This document shows positions 38,951 through 49,821 of a stretch of DNA of 64,000 nt, piece after piece. A model generated the notes under the pieces. The model saw nothing but the letters and a program-made list of their open reading frames with translations. It made no database searches and was not told the DNA's origin. The stretch lies in contig RHPI01002204.1 in NCBI GenBank assembly GCA_009103225.1, forward strand, positions 62,001-126,000, given 5' to 3'. The translations under genes and the position numbers were made by a program. The DNA comes from Chlorokybus atmophyticus (taxonomy: Eukaryota > Plantae > Mesostigma and Chlorokybus algae). Each line of letters begins with the position of its first letter. The first letter of the stretch is position 1.

Positions 38951-40678
38951 TTGAGCACATGCAGGCAAACACTGTTATTTTGCGCCATAATTATGCCCTA
39001 GTTAGTGGTCCTAGTGCGGCGTGGGAGCTGCCAATTGAGTTGAGCACACTCAGTCAACCGGCCATTTTGCGTAAAACCTGTGCGGCTGGTAGGTATTGGT
39101 GGTCCACAGACTGGAGAAGGTTTGCTTGGAGCGTGCTTGACCACTTAAACGCCGTTCCTATCAGCAACGGCTGCGCTTGATACGAGCGATGTAAAACATT
39201 GGTCGATATAAGCATTGGCAATGAACAATGCAATCGTCTTTTTAAACATATATATTTCAAAATTTTTTCCCTTACACCTTCGTGCGTGGTTACACATTCC
39301 CACAACACAAAACATGTAATGTGCGCGATTTATTCCTTGCGTTTGTTGTTGCGCATGTGTGTTTCTTGCCATCAGCACCGCTATTTATGGTAAACGTTGT
39401 GTTTATTAAGCATTAATAATGAACATTCCGGATCATTTTTTCCGTTCTGTAAAAGTTTCAAGACCTTTTTCCCTCCTACGCCTTGGCGCATGGTTATACA
39501 TTCGCCAACGCAAAACTTGTAATGTTTTTGCATTCATTCTCGCGCCCATTGTTTCGCATGTGCGCTTTTTGTCGGCTCCACCGCCGCTGACGGTTCCGTA
39601 CCTCAATAATGTCATGTCGACATGCCATGTCACGTTTTGGCAACATATGTTGAGGAGTGCATCATTAGGGCGGCCAACGAGAGGGCCAATCGAGTTTGCT
39701 TTCTTGCGACCGCCTGCCCTGATAGTGCAATACGCAGCAGGTTATCCTTTCCGTCAGCACCGGCCAACACCTTGTTTACAAAAAGAACGCACAATTGTAC
39801 ACATCCAACTGTATTGCAATTTTGTGGTATTGACCTCTCATCATGTGAACACACCAATCATCTTCGGCGCAAGGCCTCTGTTAGAGTAAGTGATGTTGCA
39901 GCTAGCTATACTGCTAAGCGATGGAGATTTGCGATGTGCGGTGGAGATGGGTTCAAACGTTTTGCGATTCAACTTACCAAGCATGCGTTTTTATGCGCAA
40001 AGACGTGCGTGCACACAAAGCTTTGCATGTGGAACTATTGAATATAAGCAAGCTCACGCAGTCGTCAGCACCCTGCACAATGGAGAAAGACTGGCAAGAG
40101 TGAGAGCTTGCGTATCAAGGCGCGAGCAAGCATGTTGTTGAACCTGATTGGATGGATGTACGGAAATGCTGTTGATTAGTTTGCAGGGCGGGTTGTTGTT
40201 TAGCCCCGGACATAACCTCTTTTGTGTGCATTCTTTATTTATAAACCAAGAGTTTACATCTCTTTAAGCGGAATCCTAATATCCGATGTCGAATGGTGAC
40301 GAGTCAGAGGACGCGCAAATCCAACTTTATTTGCGTTTAAACATGCAAATTGCGCACATACTTGCATTTGCTTCAAGCCATGAAGTGATATGACGCAGTA
40401 CGGTGGTTGTATATGTGGATTTGTCTCAGGCTCAATGTAGTTGCATAACGCCACTTTTCACCCAAACAATTTTATTCATGGCCACATTAACCACCAACGG
40501 CCACAGTTATTTACGCTTGCACGACAATGTAATAGAGTTTGAGATTTACCTACAGCACTGCCTGCAATAGCAATAAATCCCCCCACCCCCCACATAAAAT
40601 ACATCGGTACGTGCAATGTGCTACTATAATACGCATGCGGCATGCACGCCTATGCGGGCATGTAATTTGCGGATGTTA

Positions 40679-40850
40679 TGCATGCTTGCATGTCTAACGG
40701 GGTGGTGGTATCGGTAATAGTGGTAGTGAAGGTAGAATAGGTCAGCCCAATGGTAAATTATTGAGTGACTGCCCGCATGCTGCACGCTGCTTGCACTTTT
40801 GGCATGTTCGTTGCATGCGCTTTCATACACCTCATTGCATACAAAAGATG
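40679..40850 (+). repeat. Copy of dispersed intergenic repeat family
   Basis: tgcatgcttgcatgtctaacgggg (23/24 to the 19651 copy), then cccaatggt 54 nt after gtctaac, the same spacing as at 19650. Confidence 0.45.
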
Positions 40851-41205
40851 CAAAGCATCACTCGCATATGCAATTCTACGTGAATGCCATAACCACATAA
40901 CAAGCACTCACCAACTGAACCCCTGGGCTAAGGCAAGCGCTTGCATGCTATCTACTTACTACCCCTACCCCCATCGTGTACACTTGTGTTCACTAACACA
41001 TACATCGCAGTCAATGGCATCACACGCCTAGCATACTATCTTTCCATATGATGATAACCCTAACCAAGACCAATCTTGTGCTGTATGCATAGCTTCAATT
41101 GCATCAACGTTGTGAGCTGATGTGACAGTCAAGCGCATTGTTGCAACTTCCTTACAAGCGGCGTTCAAGGTTTTATAGATCCTTGTTGTGACTGGAAGTT
41201 AAAGT

Positions 41206-43762
41206 TCACAATGTCAACAACAGCTTGCCGTGGTTTTCATTAGCCCCCATCTTTTCATGCGCCTTGGCAACATCCTCCAACTTGTACATGGAGTCCACCA
41301 CTGGTGCATATGTGCCTGGAGACAACGAGACACCATAACACGTTGAACAGTGTGCTGGCAGGTTGAAGACTTTTTGTAAACCACGATGTTCTCATACTTC
41401 CATCACACATAAAAGCTTGTGACCAACTGTGTAGACTTAGTCAATGCACCTCAGGGCACTCACCATTTGCAAAAAGAGGTAATGCATGCTCTGCAAACTC
41501 GCGCGCCAATTTGATCTGCATGGAGGACAATGGAACGTTCACTGCCAAGCCACTGGCAAGCATATGCACACGGTTTTGTTCTGGGCCTACTACACCAGAC
41601 TAGCACTTTCAGGACCAACAAACAAGAGCTAATAAAACCATTCACGAGAAACTAACGTTTGCGCACCTTGTATTCATCTGGCCTGTAGCGCAATGTCGTC
41701 GCAAGAAGTGAGACCCGCTTTCGCAAGAGCCGTCCCATCATATCACCTGCAAGCATCAACATGATGCGCGCATTGCCCATGCGCTGAACATGTTCCAATG
41801 CTTCAGATTTGGCACTTCAGGTCACAGTGCTTGTATGCACCTTTCACTATGGGCCCACCCAATGTGCCATAAAGCACCCATCTGCCATCCATTGCAATGG
41901 CTTTCGAGTTGTACTCCCTTTGCATGGACGAATATTGTAAGTCTTAAGAACCTCTACCGACAACTCAATTGCGGGGAGCAGGCGGCTCTGAGTAGTACAC
42001 ACCTACCAGAAGGAACCACCCACACAGTCGAGAATCACATCAACACCCTTGCCTTCAGTGGCATCCAAGACCTGAGCAGAACAACGGCAGGTGCTGTCAA
42101 CATCCTGCTGGCGTACTGTTAATGCACAGCGTGGGCAAGGGCAAACTGAGACAGGAGAACCTTTTGGGAGAAGTCTCCTGCTTCTTTGTAGTTTATTGCT
42201 GCTTTCGCTCCCAGCTTTTCTGCGGTCTGCAATTTGGCGTCTGTGCCTGCTGTAGCAATCACTTGCGCACCACACTGGACAGCCAACTGGCAATAACAGA
42301 ATGTTGGTAACAATTTCAATGTTGACAAACAGTTTCACATATGCACACACACGTACATGCATGCACGCCCGCAACTGCTACACAATGACATACCTGAATG
42401 GCGGCAGTGCCCACACCACTGCCGGCTGCATGTATCAGTACGCTGTCACCTTGCTGAAGCTGCAAACGCAGTCACACAATTGAGGGTCATATGAGTTGCT
42501 GCTCTCCACACGAGAGCAAGCACTTATACAAACCTTTCCGATGAAAAACAGGAGCTGGTATGCAGTGAGCCATGTCTCCGGGATAGCAGCGGCTTGCACG
42601 TAATCCAGGTTATCTGGAATGGGCATCGCCATCCTCTCATCCACTACCACATACTACAGACCACTCAGCAACATGTCGGTGGCGGTGATACCACGAAGTA
42701 TACAGACATACACAACAACATACATGCAGTTGGAATGCTGATGTTGTTGAGTGAAGTGGGTTCTGTTGACAACAGTTGTACGCACAGTCAGACATGTACC
42801 TCTGCGTAACCACCACCGGTAAGGAGCGCCATCACACGGTCACCAACCTGCAAAGCCATTGTTAAGGTATGCACAAGTTTTTCCCATTACAAGGCAGCAG
42901 CTAATACGTATCAAAGTACCACATGCATGCCATGTGATTGTGCATTCAGCATTTGCCAAACAAAGGCTGCGCAAGAGACTTCAAACATGATTTAAGCATG
43001 CGGTTGACTGTTTCTTTCTGCACGCTTTGAAGCCTGTATCACTAATCACCTGCCAGGTGGAGCTGCACTTGTCCCCCTTGGCTTCAACCTCGCCAGCGAC
43101 CTCCACGCCCAGGATGGGGTTGATGCCGGGTGGCACCGGATACTGCCCGGCACGCTGCAGCACGTCCATCCTGTTCACGCCAGTCGCCTGCTTGCACACA
43201 GAGAGAAGCACATGGGGAGTGCAATCGGGCACTTGCTGATAATGCCATGCATGTTCTCATGCATGCATGGGAACAAAGCCATGACCCTCTGGTTTGTATG
43301 CCATGCATCATGCGCTGTTAGCTTGCGTGCCGGTTACGTTTAGAACCCATTGCGCTGCCGGATGACAGCAGAGAGAGCGGCTCCTTTTCAAGACCACTTC
43401 TCATTCAACCTGTTCTGCGGAGAGAAGGGCTGTGTGCACTCTCCTCATGCATGGCCGACCATTTCACAGCGTAAAACTTGTCCTATGACTACAAGCTTGC
43501 TTGCAGTCATGTCCTGTTACGCAAGCTTATGGCACAAACGCAGGCTTGCATGCTGAAAACATGCACAAACAGCATGCCAGCTCTGATGAACATCGCAAGG
43601 AACAACGCATGCTGCTGGCCTTGTCTCGTCGCTGCTGACCTTCACTCTGACGAGTAGCTCGTTGGCTTTGGGCGTAGGCTTGTCCGTCTCGCCAATGTAG
43701 AGAGTATCCACCCCTCCCAGCTGTGTCTGCAGCACCGCCCTCATCTTGCCGCCGCCCGCCAT
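41206..43762 (-). CDS. NAD(P)H quinone oxidoreductase, PIG3/TP53I3 family (MDR superfamily)
   Basis: [128 protein letters not shown]. Confidence 0.93.
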
Positions 43763-44263
43763 AGCTGCAAGGAGCTCAGCAAGCTAGCATGCTTCACAGC
43801 GCAACTTGACTCAAAGCTTAGCTTACGTGGCGTATGAGACGCACACTGCGCAGCTAAGGCTTATCTCACGCCTGGGCAGCCGATTGAGATCAACAGATGG
43901 TCTCAAGCTGACATTGCTGTGGTGATTGTCGTGGTGGTGGTTGCAGCCGCCGGCTGTCGTCGCAGCCTGCTGGCGCCGGTGCTGGGGCCTATGAGTTAGC
44001 ACGAACCAGCGCACGGCAGCAACAAGCGTTGCGGCGGTGTTCGGCCACTACTTGATCAGCGACGGGTAAGGAGATGTGCTTGGCTTAGCTTAGCTTGGGG
44101 TGCAGGTTCATGGCCCTGACAACGGCATGCTTAGCGCATTGGCCTTTCTCAGGGCCGCAAGAAGCACTTACATCCAGCATTTCATCTTGTTGGTTCCTTG
44201 CTGAAGTCTTCTTTCCAGCCAGAAGGGCAAGGCACTTGCAGAACACACTGCAAGTGGTGCACA

Positions 44264-45594
44264 ATGACGATAAGTGCGGGGATGGCCCCTGCGGCAGCGG
44301 CGTCATGGAGCACGGTGCAGCCAATATATGAGAGCGTGTGGCTGTCACTGAAGCACCTGCACGCCGCTCAGTTGCATCCAGCTGCTGTGCTTGCCGCATA
44401 CCAAAAGGCCGATCCCCTTGCCTCTGCCCTGGTCATCGCTTTGATCGTTTCAGTTATCGTCTACGTGCTTTCTATCATCACCGGCAATGTCTCACAGGTA
44501 TGCACAGCACCCCGCATGCATTACGCATGTCGCCTAGCGTGTCAATATGCTGTCAAACACACGCGTCACCTGTAGCAAGGCAAGCGTGCTCTGTACAACA
44601 TCATACATTCTTCTGTAATGCATATATGCAGGTAGACAGGCTCTGGTCCCTGCTTCCAGGCTTCTATGTTGTGCACTTCACTCTTCCCACCCTGCTGCAA
44701 TACCTTGAGCCACGCCTATTGATCATGCTACTGCTACCGCTGCTGTGGGGTGCGCGCCTCACTTACAACTACGCTCGCAAAGGCGGCTATGAATGGAAAG
44801 CAGAAGACTACAGGTCTGCAGCTGAGTTGTGAATCTTGTCAGCGCATGCCATTTGCATTGCAATGATGCCCCTTGATGATCTGTTTTACATCAGGTGGGA
44901 AGTTGTAAGGAAGGCCATGCCGTGGCCCCTTTTCCAGCTGCTCAACATCACCTTTATAGCGCCCATCCAGAATTACCTGCTTTTTGCGCTGGCCACGCCC
45001 GCATACTTGGCGTGGCGCGTGCGAGGGCGGGTGCCACTTAATTACTTGGACGCAGCTGCGGTGCTGCTGTGGAGCGCGTGCTGGCTTGGTGAGATTATTG
45101 CAGACCAGCAGCAGTGGAGCTTCCATCAGGCCAAGTACGCTGCCAAAGGCAAAGCTAGCGGCTGGCTGGCGCATGACATACAGGATGGCTTTCTGCAGCA
45201 CGGCCTGTTCAGGTGAGAGAACTAACTGTGGTGTCTACTTCCAGGGTTGTTCTGAGAACTGCAAGCACATGTAGGTGTGGACTCATGTGTAAGGTCATAT
45301 CACCAACTGACAGGAACGTTGTGGTTCATTGGTTGTAGGTATTCAAGGCATCCCAACTTTCTTTGCGAGATCAGTCTGTGGTGGTGTTATTACCTTTTTT
45401 CAGTTGCGGCAACCGGTGTGTGGCTGAATTGGACTCTTGCCGGTGCTATCGGTCTCACCCTTCTGTTTCAAGGCTCCACCGACCTGACTGAGCGAATATC
45501 TGCAAGCAAGTACCCTGCATACAAGAGATACCAACAGATTACCTCGCGGTTGCTGCCATGGTTTCCAAATTATGCGCTGGAGAAGCAAGCATGA
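44264..45594 (+). CDS. DUF1295 / steroid 5-alpha-reductase-like membrane protein
   Basis: Four exons: TGNVSQ|VDRLWSLLP, WGARLTYNYARKGGY..EDYR|WEVVR, EIIADQQQWSFHQAK, GFLQHGLFR|YSRHPNFLCEISLWW, LFQGSTDLTERISASKYPAYKRYQQITSRLLPW. Confidence 0.9.
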
Positions 45595-46430
45595 ATTTTT
45601 ATGCAATTATGATATCTGGCCCTATCTGACAGGACCCCATTGGCCGAACCACTTCTTGCTTATTGAGTACGAGCGCGATATGATCATTGTTGATTGCATG
45701 CAAACAATACATATGTATGCGCCTTAGCGCTTTTTGCCATGTTCACAGTGCTGCTTGGACTGCAAAATGTGCAAATGCCAGCGGTGATACTGGTTATGGG
45801 CGGTGTGTTTATGTACCTGTTCTCAGCATGTTCTTATGTGCTATCAAGTTGTGGTTTGTGATATACTGCATCACCAGAGCTCGCTTGATTTGCGTGCATG
45901 CGGGGTTAAAAGCCCGAGTGGCATGACTGTCATCGCCAATTGCACGTACGACCACAAGGTAGACATAATCATAACACAAAAGTTGCTCGGAGTAGACTCT
46001 GTAGTACAGAAAAGGTAACCGTGCAAGAGCGCATATGTGATGAATATATTCATCTTGGCATAGGTAAATAGAAGGGCCCGACACGACAAGCAGATACAAA
46101 CTCACCATCCAACCCTTGCAGCAGCACCTAACCAGCAGGCAATGTCGCAGCAGCACTACGCAGTGCAGTGCTGACAATGGCAAGCTTGGGTGACGTTGGA
46201 GCGAGGGGCGGGGCAGAGGGGCCCTGCCAAAAGCGGTGAGGGTTGCAACATGGGCAACTAAGCAGTGGCAGGCGTGGAATGAGAGAGGACGTGAGCGCAG
46301 ACATAGAGGAGTGGTGGGGGAGAAGGAGACAAGGAGGGAGAGAGCGGGTTGCACTGCATCGCACCGCACGTCTTCCGTTGCACATTAACGTTTTCCAATT
46401 GCAACAAGTGTTGAACAAGTAATTACATAA

Positions 46431-46662
46431 TGTCGGGTTGCGCGGGGTCAAGCGCTAAACCTTCTCGGACAACATGAAAAGACCTATGCTGTGGTTGGGG
46501 AAGCAGTGCAGCAGTGGCCTGCGAGATGATGTAAACAAGGGTGAAGGAAAAAGAGTACCTCCCTGCTAGAGGTGTGCAGTGGAAAGGGGCTAACTACGCC
46601 ACTATGGATGAGGTAGAACAGCGGGGAGTCATGATACTAGTCACGAATAGCGTGAGTCGACA
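46431..46662 (-). mobile_element. 232-bp LTR (TGTCG...CGACA) of the PHD-Gypsy family, no TSD visible
   Basis: Colinear, diverged direct copy of 47564-47794 with 5-bp terminal inverted repeats. Flanks cataa and agcca do not match. Confidence 0.75.
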
Positions 46663-47563
46663 AGCCACTACTAGAGGTAGCGTTGTAACTACAGAGCCTT
46701 GCGTGAGTGGGCCTTGCGTGAGTGGGTCTATCTAGTGTTAAGTGAGGTGAATGAATGTAGCAAAGTGATGCCACACCCGGATGGTAACGGTTCACACCGT
46801 GCTCATAATGCAACCAAGATCACACACAATGAGAAACAGTGCACACGCTGCTGACGCTGCACTCTCTCACAGGTATGAAGGCTTCTTGGCGATTAGGACA
46901 GCTTGCTACGCGCAATTGACACCCCTGCACAACTTGCTGTCTCGGAGTCTCGTTCAACAGAACACTCGCAGCATGCAATAGCTGACTTCGAGCTTCACAA
47001 CTCAAAAGCTATATTACACTTTCTCAAGTCTACTCTTACGTACTATGAGTTTTCACTCAATCATAGTTTAACCAAGTATACAAGTAAGCAATCTGCCTAC
47101 TTATACTATCGTATGAACACATGTGAGTTATTAATCTATCGAGTTGAACCGGTCCAATCACGGCAACTCATTAGCTATTTACTACTGAACTGTCTACTCT
47201 AAACGAGCAAGGAGCAAGTCTATCCATGGGCAGCTTGGTGGACTCACAACGGATCAGCTAAGATCGAGGGATCTCCTGGGTCAAAAGTTCCAAGGTCTTG
47301 GCTAGAATGCGAGGCGAAGCGGTCGTGACGTAATTTTAACGGATGGCTAGAGAGTCGCGTGAGAGGGTCGCAACTCCAATGTATCAGCTATGCGGGGTTT
47401 CAACGAGGATTGTCTTGGGACGGGTCAGCGGTGGTGAAGGATTAATGTGAATAGCGAGAGTCAGACTGGTTGAAGGGGAGTAAGATGCCGGTAGCCTGGG
47501 ATGCGAGCTGAATGTAGGCATACCAGAGAAGGATGAGCCGTCCTGGACGGTTTGCATGACATC

Positions 47564-48347
47564 TATCAGGTTGCGCGGGGTCGAGCGCTAAACCCTCTCA
47601 AACAGCATTACAACAACTGTGATGTGGTTGGGGAAGCAGTGCAGCAGTGGCCTGCGAGCTGCTGTAAACATGAGTGAAGGCAAAAGTGTACCTCCCTGCG
47701 TAAGTGTGCAATGGAAAGGGGCTGACTATGATGCCAAGGATGAGGTAGAACAACGGGGAGTCATGATACTAGTCACGGATAGCGTGAGTCAACAACCCAC
47801 CCCCCTCATGCATGTTAAAGTCCTTGCTGCAGGACTCAATTGGAGCGGGAGTTCGGTGGTTCGTGGGCGCGGCAAACATCACACTGCTAGGCTTCGATGG
47901 GGACCTTTCGGAGAGGAGGGTCCAGGCAATAGCAGTGCATGCCGTTGTTGCAGCCATTGCACAGCACCATGAGGGTGTCATCATCCGCACTACCGCACTG
48001 CTCACAGCGCTTGCTGCAGAGGGGGCGTGGATGGCGGATGATGTCAAAGCATGCCACTTGTGGAAGGTGACAGGTGCGCAGTTGGTGATGTTGTTCTTGA
48101 GATGCTCGCCGTTGTTGCCGAGGAGGTCAAGTCAGGACTCCGGATGCATACACTTTAAGGACTTTATAGATGACGCGCTGGACACTGATGTCTAGCGTGT
48201 CTTGGGTGCGGGCCATGCGGTACACAAAGTCACCTGCTTCAAAGCGCCTGTTGCGCTGCTTGTAGAAGACATTGCGGACGCGTTTATAACGCAGTGTGTC
48301 GTGGTGCTTAAAAATGTGCAGGTTGATCATGGTCATGGGAATCAAAT
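47564..48347 (-). mobile_element. Gypsy-type LTR retrotransposon 3' remnant: pol C-terminus with PHD finger, PPT and 3' LTR
   Basis: 3' LTR 47564-47794 and PPT (GAGGGGGGTGGGT on minus, 47795-47807). Degenerate frame VLKVYASGVL/LLGNNG..NCAP/CHLP..CEQCGSADDDTLMVLCNGCNNGMHCYCLDPPLRKVPIEA*QCDVC with two frameshifts and W->TAG at 47887. Confidence 0.75.
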
Positions 48348-48605
48348 TGTCACATCCCACTCGACCACAAAAGACTTGGTGCTTTTTATGGTCAATTTAT
48401 GGTAATTTAATGTACCTTCCCGGTACATTTCCCCCCACTTAAGAACGCTGACGTCCTCGGCAGCTGGCGCTCATCAGCGGGGAATCTTCCCAAGGGTCTG
48501 ATTTAGGGTCGGTCACCGGCCCCACTACCCAAGGACCGGTCAATTTAGGCCCATACCGGTCAACGCGCGCGTAGCGCACCGCTGCCGGCCCCACAGGTCG
48601 CATCG
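48348..48605 (-). mobile_element. 3' end (80-bp LTR + PPT + about 165 bp internal) of the same family as the TRIM at 59633, inserted in the PHD-Gypsy
   Basis: Reverse complement aligns with about 59906-60163. LTR 48348-48427 with TGT..ACA ends; PPT AAGTGGGGGGAAA. Similarity ends at about 48605. Confidence 0.85.
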
Positions 48606-49132
48606 TATACGTACCTCCATACCCAAAGCGTCTCTAGAGACGGTGTGGTATGTGTGGTCGAGACGCTCAGCGTCTCTGCCGGTCGGCCTATGGACGGCAC
48701 GTTATAAGTCCCTAACCTAACTGGTATCTATATCGGTTACCGACTGGTGATATCGAGACCTTGCAAAGGCTTGGATATCAGCAATCTTTACTCTCCTGTG
48801 GGTGGGCGTTGCTAGCGTGGGCGGCGGCGTGGGCGGCGGCGGCGGCGGAGGAGGCGGCGGCGGCGGCGGAGTTACTAGTGCTAGTGTACTTAATGCTAGT
48901 TGTGCTTGACCGTGGTGGGCCCCTCCTCTGGGTTATATGATCAGTGGGCAGGGCACTGGTTAGTTTTGTTCCTTGCTGCACTAGTGAGTCAGTTGATACG
49001 ATGCTTGTGTGTGCGTGTGCGTTGAGTTACGTGCATCATGTGCGTTGCATTGCGTGCAAGCATGCGTGTGTATATGCGTGTGTAGCATACGCATGCGAAA
49101 TTGTTGCTTACATGCGTAAGTGTGTATGGCAT

Positions 49133-49420
49133 ATTGTGACATGTGGGGTTGTGTTGGCAGCACCTCTGTTGATTGTTGTGCGGCAAGGCCTTCGACACTC
49201 TGTCAGCTGCTGCATGATAGCTCAGGTGGGTGGTGTAAACAGCAAGTTGCTATTGCGTGCATGTGGCACAGCACAGCTTGTTACTGCATTGTGTGACATG
49301 TGGCATTGTGTTGGCAGTACCTCTGTTCATCGCTGTGCGGTAAGGCCTTTGACTCTGTTAGTTGTCGTATAGTAGCTCAGATGGGTAGTTGGGTGTCAAC
49401 GGCAACTTACTATTGCATTG
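49133..49420. repeat. Two-unit degenerate tandem repeat, period about 157 bp
   Basis: tgtgacatgtgg..ttgtgttggcag(c/t)acctctgtt..tgtgcgg(c/t)aaggcctt..tagctcag(g/a)tgggt..ctattgc occurs at about 49133 and about 49290. Confidence 0.75.
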
Positions 49421-49821
49421 TACATTGTGGGGAACACTGTGCATTGTAGCAAACACTGTGCATGTGGCAAACAGTGAGTGTAGCATGGGCTTGTTATCAT
49501 GGTTTGCGCAATGCATTTACATAACGTGTGAGTGTCAGCAGCTGCTACTACGTGTTCCATGTGTGTAGCATGCGTGTGTGTAGCATGGGCCTTTCACTGC
49601 ATCGTCTGACACGTGTGATTAACGCTGTAGTATCTGTTGCTCACCAATGCGCGACAAGGCAGCAAGTGCCTCAATTGCCACCAGCAAGACACTGTCAGGT
49701 GGTGCTAGCTTCACAGGTGGGTGGGTGGGGTGGTGGGTGGCAGCTTGCTAATACGCTGTGCACGCCTGCAACGTTTGTGCAATGCGGGCATGCATGCGAC
49801 TCATTCATCAAGTGCAGGATC

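Noticed and set aside
38990-40500. AT-richer DNA after tRNA-Glu as a tRNA-targeted insertion or kinase pseudogene (VLHRSYQAQPLLIG resembles VLHRDLKPQNLLI)
   Set aside because: No att/TSD or element ends, the catalytic residues are absent, and other intergenic regions are similarly AT-rich.
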